From Octopus vulgaris (Eukaryota), in the NCBI GenBank assembly GCA_951406725.2, contig OX597832.1, positions 17,608,001-17,672,000 of the forward strand: a stretch of 64,000 nt of DNA, read 5' to 3'. The notes beneath the pieces are model-generated. The model was not told the origin of the DNA. It saw nothing but the letters and a program-made list of their open reading frames with translations, and searched no databases. The first letter of the stretch is position 1, and each line of letters opens with the position of its first letter. The position numbers and the translations under genes are program-made. This document shows, in pieces, positions 43,776-57,792 of the stretch.

Positions 43776-44345
43776 TTACCACCACCACCATCACCAAACC
43801 ACCACCAACGCCACCATTAACGCCAACACTACCGCCACCACTACTACAATAACCACTACCACCGTGACCACAGCCACACCCTGATACTACAACAACTACT
43901 ACTAGTAGCACAGCCACCACCACCACTATCACCACCACCAGCAACACCATTACAATGACTACGGGCTGCGCCATCACCACCACTTCACTACTACTAAAAT
44001 TATTATTGCTATTAGAACTACCACCACCGGCATCAGCACCGCCACCGCCAGCACTACCATCACCACTACCACTAGTACAACACAACACTAATAGTAGTAG
44101 TAATGGTAACTAAAATACATCAGTAACGCTAACGTTTAGTAAGTAAACTGCCACGAAGAGAAGGGCTCAAATTTCGGGCAAGGTTGAAACGATTTAAATC
44201 AACCCCAGGAAATATATTCCATTTCACTTTTCACCGAAATTACCTTCTCTGGGAACTTTTCTCTATGAATGTCAATATTCCACAGATTGTTTTGCTTTCT
44301 TATTAGAATCATAGTAAAAAAAAAATGACCGAAAAATATCACTTT

Positions 44346-44395
<50 letters not shown>

Positions 44396-44552
44396 TGACG
44401 TATTTTTGCCATTTCAATATGGCTAACCCCTAAGGGTGGATGCTACTGTAGTTTTTAGCCCCAGGAGGACACACTCCTCCAGCTGGCCATAGACACACTA
44501 TCTGTGTCCTGTCAGTATTTGCAAAGGGAAGTCATCCTTCCCGTCTTCAACT

Positions 44553-44613
44553 TATGATACACACGGACTCGAGTTTCGAGGTATTGACCTCTCGTCAGCG
44601 TGTGACAATCATA
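44553..44613 (-). ncRNA. Type I hammerhead ribozyme, copy 1
   Basis: Minus strand: tatgat-tgt-cacacg-CTGACGA-gaggt(caat)acctc-GAAAC-tcga-GTC-cgtgtg-t-atcata; canonical core with all three stems; predicted cut at 44566|44565. Confidence 0.88.
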
Positions 44614-44733
44614 GTTTGTGTTTATATATATATATATATATATAGGAGGACACACTCCTCCAGCTGGCCATAGACACACTATCTGTGTCCTGTCAGTATT
44701 TGCAAAGGGAAGTCATCCTTCCCGTCTTCAACT

Positions 44734-44794
44734 TATGATACGCACGGACTCGAGTTTCGAGGTATTGACCTCTCGTCAGCGTGTGACAATCATA
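44734..44794 (-). ncRNA. Type I hammerhead ribozyme, copy 2
   Basis: Same as copy 1 except one stem I substitution (44742); predicted cut at 44747|44746. Confidence 0.85.
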
Positions 44795-44950
44795 GTTGTC
44801 GCCGAGAATTAGATTTCCTTCACAAATACTTATACTTTTTCCAGCGCCCACTGTCGCTGATATTGAAAAAGTGAAATCAGGGGTTAGCCATATTGAAATG
44901 GCAAAAATACGTCACGATGTGTTACCGCTACTGTATATAACTCACTTTGA

Positions 44951-45009
<59 letters not shown>

Positions 45010-45122
45010 ATATATATATGTAGGTATATATATATATGTATATATATCACGTGATATATATATACTTTATATATATACACAGACACACACACGTATATAT
45101 ATATATTTATATATATATACCT

Positions 45123-45154
<32 letters not shown>

Positions 45155-45226
45155 GTGTAGGTATATATATATATATATAAATATACGTGTGTGTGTCTGT
45201 GTATATATAAATGTATATATATAAAG

Positions 45227-45252
<26 letters not shown>

Positions 45253-45257
<5 letters not shown>

Positions 45258-45483
45258 CTTTACTACCCACAAGGGGCTAAACACAGAGGAGACAAACAAG
45301 GACAGACAAAGGGATTAAGTCGACTACATCGACCCCAGTGCGTAACTGGTACTTAATTTATCGACCCCGAAAGGATGAAAGGCAAAGTCGACCTCGGCGG
45401 AATTTGAACTCGGAACGTAACGACAGACGAAATACGGCTACGAATTTCGCCCGGCGTGCTAACGTTTCTACCAGCTCGCCGCC
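45253..45483 (-). mobile_element. SINE family A monomer (tail 2)
   Basis: Near-consensus reverse-strand copy flanked by TA repeats. Confidence 0.9.
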
Positions 45484-45751
45484 TTGTATATATATATATA
45501 TAGTGATGGCGCATGGGTTAATGGTTAGGGCATTCAGTTCACGATCGTATGTTCGTGAGTTCAATTCCCGGCGAGGCGTTGTGTCCGTGAGCAAGACACT
45601 TTGTTTCACATTGCACTAGTTCATACAGCTGGCAAAAAAAAAATGAGTAGTACCTGTTATTAAAGTAGTTATGAGGAATTTACATCCAAAAGGCACAAGT
45701 ACAATCGTCATTAAAATGACTAAGTGTACAATATGTATTTTTGTACATATA

Positions 45752-46270
45752 TTCTCAAACGCAAATATGAGCAGCGAAAGCAGAAATTTTATTTACTGCA
45801 TCAAATGCCCGAATTGTGAAGGACTATATGTTTCTTATTTCTTTATTGCCCACAAGAGGCTAAACATAGATAGGACAAAGACAGGCAAAGGGATCAAGTT
45901 GATTTCATCAACCCCGGTACGCAACTGGTACTTAATTTATCGACCCCGAAAGGATGAAAGGCAAAGTCGACCTCGGCGGAATTTGATCTCAGAACGTAAC
46001 GGCAGACGCAATACCACTAAGCATCTCGCCCGGTGTGCTAACGGTTCTGCCAGCTCGCCGCCTTATGTGAAAAACTATATGTTGCTCATATTGGAAATGC
46101 ACTATCAGAATATTCTCGTGTGCACTGACAGCAAATTTGAGATCATCTAGCAACATGTTGTAGTAAAATATTTATATTTCCATTCTACAAACAACACACC
46201 CTAAGTGAAATTGAGAGAAAAATCATAGAAAAGAACTTTATTAATACATTCCAACCCAAGTTAAATAAAC
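45752..46270 (+). pseudogene. Penelope-like GIY-YIG endonuclease remnant interrupted by a SINE A copy (about 45833-46062, minus)
   Basis: NANMSSESRNFIYCIKCPNCEGLYV [SINE] ...H.QNI...FIFPFYK...ERKIIEKNFINTFQPKLN: IY-x-CxxC-YV and E..I..F.P.LN motifs. Confidence 0.75.
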
Positions 46271-46536
46271 AATAATACTAATACTTAGAGATACTATTTC
46301 TACTGCTACGACCACTACCACTAACAACAACAATAGCAACAAAAGCGATACTAAAGGTGCTCATGATGACGGTAGCAGGAAAATACTAGCTAAGTCAAGA
46401 GAAAAGTCAGTAAAATAATCTCATATTAATGTTTTATGTTATATTGCCATATCTACCCCTTCTCCTACGACGACGGCGACGACGATCACCACGATCATCA
46501 CGAACACCATCACTACGATTCCTTCCACCACCATCG

Positions 46537-46567
<31 letters not shown>

Positions 46568-47054
46568 AAATTAAGGAGACGATAATGGTGATGATGATAA
46601 TTAAAATGTAAAAATCCCTGAGAAATATTGCTTAGAATATTTTTAAAAATAATCCAACAAATCATGCTTTGGCCAGGGTCAAAATGCAGTTCTCTTGACA
46701 ACCAAACACCTAAAAACTTAAGTAATTTAGTAAGGCCACACCCTAATTGGTCAACATACAGTTTGCAAAAATTAACATTCTGGAACCTATACAAATGTAT
46801 TTAAGGCACACAGTTGCTCCATTTCACTACAGTTGTAAATTGTAAAACATAACTGTCACCACTACTTCAAGAACCTGAAGTTTGCATAGGTTAATTCATG
46901 AAAGTACTAGTTCTATCAGAATGGACATTTAATATTCTATGATTTCATTATATTATATTATATTATATTATTATAAGATTGTAAATAAAATGTGAAAATC
47001 AGACCAATTTGGAATTTCTTTTGGTGATTCTGACCTATTTACGTCCGGCCATTC

Positions 47055-47525
47055 ACATACATCCAGCAAGATGGGGCAACTGTTCATATCGCAAGAGAAA
47101 TAATGCAGTTGCTACGGCAGTGCTTTGAAGAGAGAATAATCTCCAGCTACTGGCAATGTCAATTGGCCTTCACGTTTCACTGACTTGACTAGCCCTGATT
47201 GTTTCTTGTGGGTATACCTGAAAGACAGGGTTTATGTCAACAAAACGGAAACCCTGGTGCAACTGAAGGAGAACACGAACAGAGAAATGAGAGAAATGAG
47301 GTCTGAAACTCTTGAGTGCGTTATGGTGCAAGTTTTGCGAAGCCGAAAATAGATGCCATTTAAGCGATGTCATTTTCTATATGTGATATTGTAGCTTTGC
47401 AAAATTTGACGCATACACAGTAATTTCCTTATGTCCTTTATATTGTATTAAAATTTCATGCATTTAATTGTAAAGTAAAAGGAGTTATTAAAAATTAAAA
47501 CACATCAGTGACATTTGGGACAGTA
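47055..47525 (+). pseudogene. Tc1/mariner-superfamily (rosa/maT-like) transposase 3' remnant with probable right TIR
   Basis: QQDGATVH.AREIMQLLRQCFEERIIS...NWPSRFTDLTSPDCFLWVYLKDRVY; ends gtgacatttgggacagTA. Confidence 0.82.
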
Positions 47526-47530
47526 TATAT

Positions 47531-47597
<67 letters not shown>

Positions 47598-47603
47598 AAT
47601 ATA

Positions 47604-47639
<36 letters not shown>

Positions 47640-48537
47640 TGTACATATACATATATATACGCATAAATACACGCACATATACACAAGCTCACTAACACAT
47701 AGAATGTGACATTTTGTTCGAGATAGAATGATTTTTGATCGAATATTAGAAAAATGCTTTAGGTACCATCTTTTGTGAAGCAAACGATCACCTTGCAAGC
47801 AATAGTAAAACAAAAAGAATGTAATGCCCTTTAAAAAACAGAATATTGCAATATGCGATTATATGTTCAAAAATCCCAAACAATGCATTGTCACGTTACT
47901 ATCAAAACAAATCAGGCGCTTAAAAGATAATATAAAAAATAATATAATCGTTCTTTGCAATAAGTAACATATTACTGGCAAGCATTCTCTCTTGAAAGCA
48001 AAGCTTAATTTTGCAGCTTTCTGCAATTCTGAAAAGCGATGAAAATTCGTGAATTTTTGCAGATATATCCTTCGATGTGTATTGATGTATTTTCAGATAC
48101 AATGGAGAAAAAATGCTTCTAACACAACATGATGGTTTTGTTAGTTATACTTTAACCAACAGACGTGAGTTATTCGTTAACAATAAAACTACAGCAATAA
48201 AAGGCATTGCCATTTGATTTGTATGCTTTACACTTATTATCGAGGTCTTGATCATATCACGAAGTTTTTTTTGTGTGAAAACGTGAGCATAGCATTCGCT
48301 CTGCGGATGAGAAACTAATCCATGAAAGCGTGGCATGTTTTGTAACATATTTTCTGTTAGTTTTTAAAATCTTGGTTTATAATCTTGTTTCACTAAACTT
48401 TCAATATATATTTGATTTTATATATATTTTACATGACATAACGCTGACCTTCTTCAGTCGTATGCATGATCGGCAAAGTGAGACTATATTAAACCATCGA
48501 TTGTATTTCAGCTACTAATACATAGCTATATATGTAC

Positions 48538-48576
<39 letters not shown>

Positions 48577-48639
48577 TATTATATATATATGTATATATGC
48601 ATATATCTCTATATGTTTATATATATATGTATATATGTA

Positions 48640-48722
<83 letters not shown>

Positions 48723-48727
48723 CATAC

Positions 48728-49150
48728 AACATGGGACAAGAACGCAAAACATCCAGATAGACGATACAAAGAAAAAAATACGGGTTATTCGGAGTCTTCT
48801 TTCCTCAAGCATTTTCAGCTGGTTACACTCGAAATTGCTCCAATCTGGCCAGCTCCAATGAAAGATTAATCCAAGAGCATTAGAGTCTTTGGAAGGAAGA
48901 AGCGAATATACACAAATACATGGACGGGAAAAAAACGGAGAAGGTTACACAAATACAAATAACAGGACATAACAATAGATGTCTTTCGACTGAGAAAGAA
49001 TTGAATTAAGCTGGCGTGTGTGGATGTAAAGCCTTACAGCAGGGATACAAGATTTCACAAATACAGGGAAGATTATATAGAGGCTGTACGGACACCGGCC
49101 GAACAAAAAAAGAAAGGTCAGGCTTTGCCGAAAAGCGGTCACATGTGGAG
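48728..49150. mobile_element. Unclassified repeat adjoining (TA)n
   Basis: Complex block starting right after a TA array, like other TA-embedded elements here (28313-28480, 51060-51246, 56686-56840); no internal second copy. Confidence 0.3.
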
Positions 49151-49827
49151 AGAAGAGAGAGAGGTAGAGGCAGAAGGACAGAAGAAATAAGGAGGTGGTG
49201 GGGGGGAGAAAAAATGACAGGGACACAGTGAAGTGAAAAAAGGAGGGAAAGTGAGCATGAAGAGAAGGCAATGAAATGTAAGAAAGGGGGAACGATAAAA
49301 CGAAGAATGGAATGAACGACGTATGAAATGGCGGATAGAAAGAAAGAAAGAATAAAAGGAAAAAGAAGAAAAGAGGAAAAGAAGAAAAGAGGAAATGAAG
49401 AAAAGAAAAATTCATCAAGAAGGTGAATCTCAGTGACATTTTTGTAAGCACAGTTTGTGACGGACCATGTTTTACTTTTGCTGCGCTCAGATCTCATTCG
49501 ATGACCCATGAAAAAGGAAACTGCATTATCTAGTACTGCCTATATATCTGTGCACATTTTGCAATGCCGTATGTGCTAAAACGTCTGTGATTGGAACGAA
49601 GGTTTCACAAGACAATTTAAGATTCACGAAGTTAACCGAAGTTAACTGAAGGTCTTGGTGGTCCTAAGTGGATATGGAATGTATATTGATGACTTTTTAA
49701 TACATTGTCTAGTTTAAAAAGCCACATCAGACGCCATAATGGATCTAAGGTATAGGTATAAGAGGTACTCAAACTCTGCACAAGGAGTAGACAACTACCC
49801 CATACATACATTTATTCATACATACAT

Positions 49828-49859
<32 letters not shown>

Positions 49860-49861
49860 GT

Positions 49862-49894
<33 letters not shown>

Positions 49895-49992
49895 AACATA
49901 CAAACATATAAGACTATAGTACATAGGTACACAAATACATTTATCTATGCTTATACTAAATAACGTTCATATCTATATAAACGCATTTGTAC

Positions 49993-50099
<107 letters not shown>

Positions 50100-50435
50100 C
50101 ATATACATATATATATATGTATATCTGTATGTATTTATGTAATTATGTATGTATGCATGTATATGTTTATGTGCGTCTCTGTGGATGCGGATTCGTGTTT
50201 ACATTTGTATTCCCGTGAAAACGTTTCGTTAATCGATTTAGAATATCTTAATACAAACAGAAGACGGGACAAACCATGAAGAGGTTCATTGGAGGAGGTT
50301 TCGGGGGGCTGTGAATAAATGTTTAGATTAAAGAGTGCTTTTGTAATTAACGGTGTTGCTCAAATGTTTGTACAGTCCTCTGTTTGTTTAACCGTTGATG
50401 TGTGTATATTTGTGGACATATACATACACACACAT

Positions 50436-50499
<64 letters not shown>

Positions 50500-50635
50500 A
50501 TATATATATATATACATATATATTCGCGTTTCTGTCGATTTTTCGTTTCTGTGTATTATTATGATTTCTCTATTGTATACACGCATGTGTATGTGTGTCT
50601 ATAATTACTCTCACGCACAAACTCGCAAGCGTATG

Positions 50636-50691
<56 letters not shown>

Positions 50692-50859
50692 TACAGATTT
50701 ACGAATGAACGCATATGTACCCTTACAACGTACACGCACATATATTTATATTTATAATTATATGGGTAAGCACAAGAATGTACTTTGTATGTTCTACATG
50801 CCAACGGGTTCGAATTTAGATTTGGCTTTCTGTAATTAAATGGCATATGTATGCATATA

Positions 50860-50909
<50 letters not shown>

Positions 50910-51023
50910 AGTATGCATAGAGAGAGACGTAGATAGATACACAGACATACATATATACAAATATATATTTATTGACAAATAGATAGAGAGATTTATCCTC
51001 CAATATATATGTATATATACATT

Positions 51024-51059
<36 letters not shown>

Positions 51060-51060
<1 letters not shown>

Positions 51061-51246
51061 GTGAGAATTCACAAAAAAAAACAAAACAAAAGACGATGAC
51101 AGGTGGTGTGAACAATAAAGTGATGTATTAGTATAACGCTCGGGAAGTGAAAAAGTCTTTAACGTTTCGAGCCTACGCTCTTCCACAGAATGGAACACAG
51201 AACGAAACAAGGAGAGAAAATGAAGAATGTGTAGTGGCTAACGATC
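51060..51246 (-). mobile_element. TA-adjacent short repeat with an HHR-like motif (probable Penelope pLTR fragment)
   Basis: Minus 51157-51192: catt-CTGTGGA-a-gagc(gtag)gctc-GAAAC-GTT-aaag. Confidence 0.5.
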
Positions 51247-51284
51247 TCCCTCTCACTCTCTCTCACTCTCTCTCTCTATCTCTC

Positions 51285-51321
<37 letters not shown>

Positions 51322-52795
51322 AATAGTATATATAATTTTCAGTAGTTTTACGTGCTGAAAATATGCTGCGAGGATTAGATTGTGATATTCAAAGAAGTTT
51401 AAATAAACAATATGTATTGTTGTCTGATGTTCAGCTTTATCATTATATTCTTCCTTAGTTATATATAACATAGGAAACAGAAACACATCGCTTTCTTGCG
51501 TGTTATTTCCCAAAACTCTTTTGCAGAAGTGACACATGAATTATTAACCAGTCTTTTTCTTCCTTCATTGATTTGGGCTTTCGTTTCCTTCTTGTCCACC
51601 GAAGAAGACGTCGTGACGTTTATGAGATCGCAAAGAATTGCGACAGGATTTTGACAAACCTAAACAATTGTTTGATTAAATGGATGATTAACGATACATT
51701 TATTTAATTATCAAACGTGTGAGAAAATGGCGTTAGAAATGTTGCAGATTTACAATCTAAAACATTCTTGGTCAAAATCTGGACAACCAATTTTCATCTG
51801 ATGGGTTTAATCGTCCACCAGAGAACACAAATAAAGGATACTGAGCCAAATAAAGATCGAACGTGGTAATCGTATCTTATATTAGGAAAACGAGAAGTTT
51901 AACCACTCAACTATGTGGCCTTATAACAAATCATTAATAAATGAATATATGTATATAATTATACATGTGGATATATATATAAATATAAGTGTGTGTGTGA
52001 GTGTGTGCATATGCATGTATATATGCAGATAGTTATATATACATATGTATACATGTACGCATGAATATATATGTATGTATATGGGAACATCAAAATTTAT
52101 AGAGGTTGAGAAAAAGGGATTGGGCGAGAATTTATAAAGAATGAAATATATATATAATTAGACAAAAGTACGTTATTTTCAAAAAATTTTTACATACATA
52201 TATAAATACATATATGCATACATATATAATTCCATTATTTACATACTTATACATACACGCACACACACATTTGTACATATACATATACTTTTGTACATAT
52301 ATATTTATATACAAATACATACAGACATATATTTGAGGGCGTAATTTCCATAATCTAAAGTGAAGTGGCCTTACATAACGTGTACGCGTATTGTCCAAGA
52401 CCATCCACCCAGTTTAAACACACCGTCAATCCATAAAAATACAAGGGCATGCAACATATACAAACGCACATTAATGCGTGTGTACATGTGTGCTTATCTG
52501 TGTGAGTTAATGAGTTAGAGGTTTTAAGTAAGAATACTCGTATGTGTGTACGGCTACATATATGTACTGTTATGTATTTGGGAAGTACAATATTTTGCAA
52601 GGCTGAGCAAGAAATATAGGAAAAATACAGTAAAACTTTAAAAAGGCTTAAACAATGAACACCAAAGCTAAACTATTTAAGACATTTTAAAACACAAAGT
52701 TGGAAAAACATAGAATTATATATTACAAGGGCTCCGAACGGAAACGCTATCACGTCGAAAATAATTAAGAATTTTTGCATTATTGCACAACTCAT

Positions 52796-52834
<39 letters not shown>

Positions 52835-52977
52835 AACAATCACATACAGAGTATATACATACATATATTTCAGTACGTTTTGTTCATGTTGTGAATAGAT
52901 AATTATAAATAAATGTCCGGCTATATATATATCAAATATATATACATATATATATAAATCTACTAATATCAATCTTT

Positions 52978-53084
<107 letters not shown>

Positions 53085-53109
53085 AATATACAAACACCAA
53101 TGTATGTAT

Positions 53110-53146
<37 letters not shown>

Positions 53147-53934
53147 AGTATATATATAAATGTATATATGTATATATACATATATGTGTGTGTGTGTGTG
53201 TGCATATATACATATATATACAAACACATATAGAATCTTATATGTGTATGTATACACCTACGTGCAGTTGCATGCATACATCAGAGAACAATCACAAATA
53301 CTAATATAAAGAGACATACATGCTCACTTATACATAGATATATATATATATACATATATACAGCTCTGTGCCTACGCGCGAGCGTGCACGTTTGTTATGT
53401 GTGCACCTCTGTGTATGCGTGTGTTTGTGTGTGTGTGTGTGCACGTGTGATTGCATGGAACTCAGCGGCAACATAAATGAGAACCGGAAGTTGAAGTAAT
53501 ACTTAATGCAGTGGCTGTTTTGTATGATTTTAAGAATTCTATTCTAGTGTTTCGATGTGGAGACTGGGCAATTCATAAATGGCTTACTCAAAAGTTATGT
53601 TTGATAAATTCAACAATGCAAATCTATACAAATAATTCATTTCTCTATTAATGTACACAATGAGAAAATATGTATTATGTATAAAATGGACGTGTTCACA
53701 TATACAAGCATGCATATATAAATACATGCACATGTATATATATACACTCATATATATGTGTGTGTATATATATATGTATATACACATACATATATATACA
53801 TATATATATATATATGCATTCCTATATATAGATAGATTATATACCATATATTATATATATGTGCGTATATGTATACATATACACATATATATGCGAATAT
53901 GTATGCATATTTAGAGACTGGTATATACATACAT

Positions 53935-54014
<80 letters not shown>

Positions 54015-54150
54015 ATACATCTATCCCTGTGTAAGCACATTTGTATATGTATAAATTATAAACACGGTATATATATATATAACCTACATTGAAATACATA
54101 TATAGTTGCATACATATATACATTCATACATACATGCATGCATACATGCA

Positions 54151-54182
<32 letters not shown>

Positions 54183-55914
54183 CATGCATACATACATACA
54201 TACATACATACATACATACATACATACATACATACATACATACATACATACATACAAGCTTATTAAGTAGAAGAAAGGGCGAAACAGAAGAGGAAGTAGT
54301 AGAAGAGGAACAAATACAACAAAAATAATCAGTTCAATTCTGAAAAGGTGTATATTTTGCAAACAAAGAATTAAGCTCTTTAAATGAAAAATTAATTTGC
54401 TTCAAATTTTGGTTCATGTTGATGATGATGATGGTGATGTTGGTGTTGGTTTTTGTGGTGCACATGATAATATTTCCTATAAATATGTAAATTCACGATA
54501 GAATCTGATCCCTAAGATATTATATAACGTTTTGTTTACACAGTCATCCTTGCCCAGTTAAAAAAAAAAGAAAATCCCCCAAAATAAGGATCTTTGCTAT
54601 GTTGTGATGATTTCGTTACTTTTCAATGAAGGATTGTTTGAAATCATTTATACGGTTTCAACATAATCTGTCTTAATTTCCTACCCAATAATACTCCTCT
54701 CTTCATTATCATCATCATCGTCGTTTTCAGCATCATCGTCGTTTTCAGGATCATCGTTTTAATCGTAATCGTCATTGTCACCATCATCATCATCATCATC
54801 ATCATCATGGTCGTCATCATGGTCGTCATCATCAACGTCGTCATCATCATAATCATCATCATCATCATCAACATCTTCTCCATCATCTTATTCTCCATCT
54901 TCTTCTCCTTCTTCTTCGTCTTCTTCTTCTTCTTCTCTTCCCCTCCTCTCCTCATCCCCTTCTCTTCCTCTATCTCCTCTTCATCGTCATCATCATCGTC
55001 GTAATCAACATCATATTTTGATCGTCATTGTCACTGTCACCGTCAGCCTCCTCCTCCTCATCATCATTATCTTGGTCGTCATCATCATCATCATCTTCTC
55101 CTCCTTCTCCTTCTTCTTCTTCTTCTTCTTCTTCTTCTTCTTCTTTTTCTTCTTCTACTTCTTCTTTCCCAATCACCTATATTTTCTTCGAAGTAAAATG
55201 TTTTATGGAGTATTAAGCAAGATCGACAGATCGATTCAAAATAATAAAAATGAAAAAACTGACAGTTAGATATTGTACAAATTTAACGGAATTCGAACGC
55301 TGAATCCAGCCATACGAACAAAATATTTTTTTATCTCCAATACCAAAGAAACCTCTAAAATAATCTTTGTGCATCATCATATTGCACCTGTTACATTAAA
55401 GAATTCTATATTTCCACGCTAATAATTAGATGTAGTTCTTTCGAGTGAACTGCAACACTGTAGTTGGACGTTGTAGGAATAACAGCTTAATGTACATGAA
55501 AACAGAGCCCTTCGTCTTAGGGACAGAACATATTCGATAACGTATACTTGACTTCATCGCTTTTAGCTAAAATGACGAAGTTGTTGCGTTTAGTGTGTGT
55601 TCTCATAGATGCAACTGTTCGAGGTTAACTTCGGGCTACACAAGAAGATCAACAACAACGACATCAAAAGCTGTATAGAATAAAGTCTCGTTCACTTAAA
55701 TTAGTCATTCTGCTTTCACTAATTCGATATTTACACTAATTCTCACGTCAAGAGGGCATAATATCACCTTCTTGTGTCTCAAATTTATGAAAGCATATTT
55801 AGATTAGATTTCCTTATTCCTCAATTTTCTTTCTGTTTCCTTTATTCTATTTTATTTTATTTTATTATTCTTAGTTGCATACATATTTGTAATTATATGT
55901 GAGACAAAAAAACA

Positions 55915-56065
55915 ATCCTCCATACTCTACCAACATGCAAAGGACCAACATGGAGACAATCTTGACATCCGCGGGTTATTCAAGCCCCCAAAGGACCCAA
56001 CACTCAGACAAATACAGGAGTACGTCCTCATAAATGAAACTTCCCTAATACTAAATAGAAAATAT
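55915..56065 (+). pseudogene. Penelope-like GIY-YIG C-terminal remnant
   Basis: SILYQHAKDQHG...DPTLRQIQEYVLINETSLILNRK fits the S.L..H...H...RQI.E.V.I....LN.K pattern. Confidence 0.6.
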
Positions 56066-56571
56066 ACATAGTAGATATCTTACCCCCATACAAAACTATT
56101 GAAAAGGTTGGAAGACGCAACGAAAATTTTAGGAAAATAAAGAAGGAAATAAATGGAATTTTTATCGGTTAGTGTGTTGAATTATAAGGCACAAAAAGAG
56201 AATGACTCTCCTGAGACACAACAATATATGTAAAAAATAGTTCTCCATGAATTCCATAGTTTGGCTCTGAAATTTACTTGCTGTTTTCTGACTTTGATAC
56301 AAAGTTTCATATAAATTTAGTGTATATAATGGACGACTAATGTAATCCTGGAAAATAATTTGACAAATGTGGGTGGGATCAAATGTCAAACATGTCGATC
56401 CACAAGATATCCCTCATTTTTTGAAATTTAAAAGTGTGCAATGAACTACCAGCGTAGCAATGTATGTATGTATGTATGTATGTATGTATGTATGTATGTA
56501 TGAATGTATGTATGTATGTATGTATGTATGTATGTATGTACGTACGTATTCATGTATGTATGTATGAGTGA

Positions 56572-56636
<65 letters not shown>

Positions 56637-56637
56637 A

Positions 56638-56690
<53 letters not shown>

Positions 56691-57562
56691 TAATAAAAGG
56701 GTAAAATTAATTAATAAATTAACCAATTAATTAATAATTTTGACAAGTAGATCTCTACATAAAAAGTGTGTTACTGTCTGGGATATCTTTACGGTAGCAA
56801 AAAGGAATTTTAAATCATATATATGTATAAATTTAGAGAGAAACACAGAGAAAGCAGAGACACAGACCACTAACTATGTCTTACAGTATAATTTATTCCC
56901 AGAGAACACATATTACACTATATATTATAATATTCTTATGTCAGTGCTCAAACTGTTTATCAACTATGTGGCTATTAAAATATATTATCACAGATTATTG
57001 TTCCTTCGACTTGTATGTCAGGACATAGAATTGCTTTTTACTCGTTCTAATTTGGATAGACAGACTCAACTGAGTGTCAGGGAAAAATGATTTTCAATTA
57101 TCATTTTGTCTCAAGCCGGATAAAACAAAGTATAATGTAAGAACCAGGATCGAAGATATTGATTCACTCCCTTAAAACCTAAAACTGCTGGTGTCGTTAC
57201 TAAATGAAGTAATTATCACTCGGTGACATAAAAATGGCCTTGTATTTACTTGATCGGTTCTTTGATAATTTAGATATTTGATATTCAGGATATCACAAAA
57301 TGCTGTATATATTATGCAAATGAATAAATAGATGACGTTTGTTCAACATCAGATTGCATGCTGATAAATAAACAAGCTATCTATATATATATCTTAACAA
57401 GGAGCTGGAAGTAAATATTTCATATTTTCTGACGAATTGTTTGAAGCGCAAAAGTTATTTTTAAAAATCATCAAAAACAAAGTTGAAGCGAAGACTGCAT
57501 ACAGGATCATGTACTTTCATAGAAAAGATGTCTCCCTGCGATGAGCTTAGATGGGACGTATG

Positions 57563-57596
<34 letters not shown>

Positions 57597-57738
57597 TGTA
57601 TGTATGTATGTATGTATGTATGTATGTATGTATGTATGTAGGTATATATGTGTGTATGCATGTATGTATGTAGGTATATATGTATGTACGTGTAAATGTG
57701 CGTTTGCATACATAAATGTATATATCTATGTATGTATT

Positions 57739-57792
<54 letters not shown>

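Larger units (their letters stand above)
44392..44918 (-). mobile_element. Non-coding element with perfect 40-bp inverted ends and a tandem HHR-containing repeat (Penelope pLTR/retrozyme-like, or MITE)
   Basis: 44392-44431 is the exact reverse complement of 44879-44918; 154-bp direct repeat at 44463-44616 and 44644-44797; abuts (TA)n. Confidence 0.85.

Noticed and set aside
45671-46150. 159-aa ORF as a host gene
   Set aside because: Chimera of a Penelope GIY-YIG remnant and an antisense SINE; the LIYRPRKDERQSRPRRNL peptide recurs in other SINE A copies.
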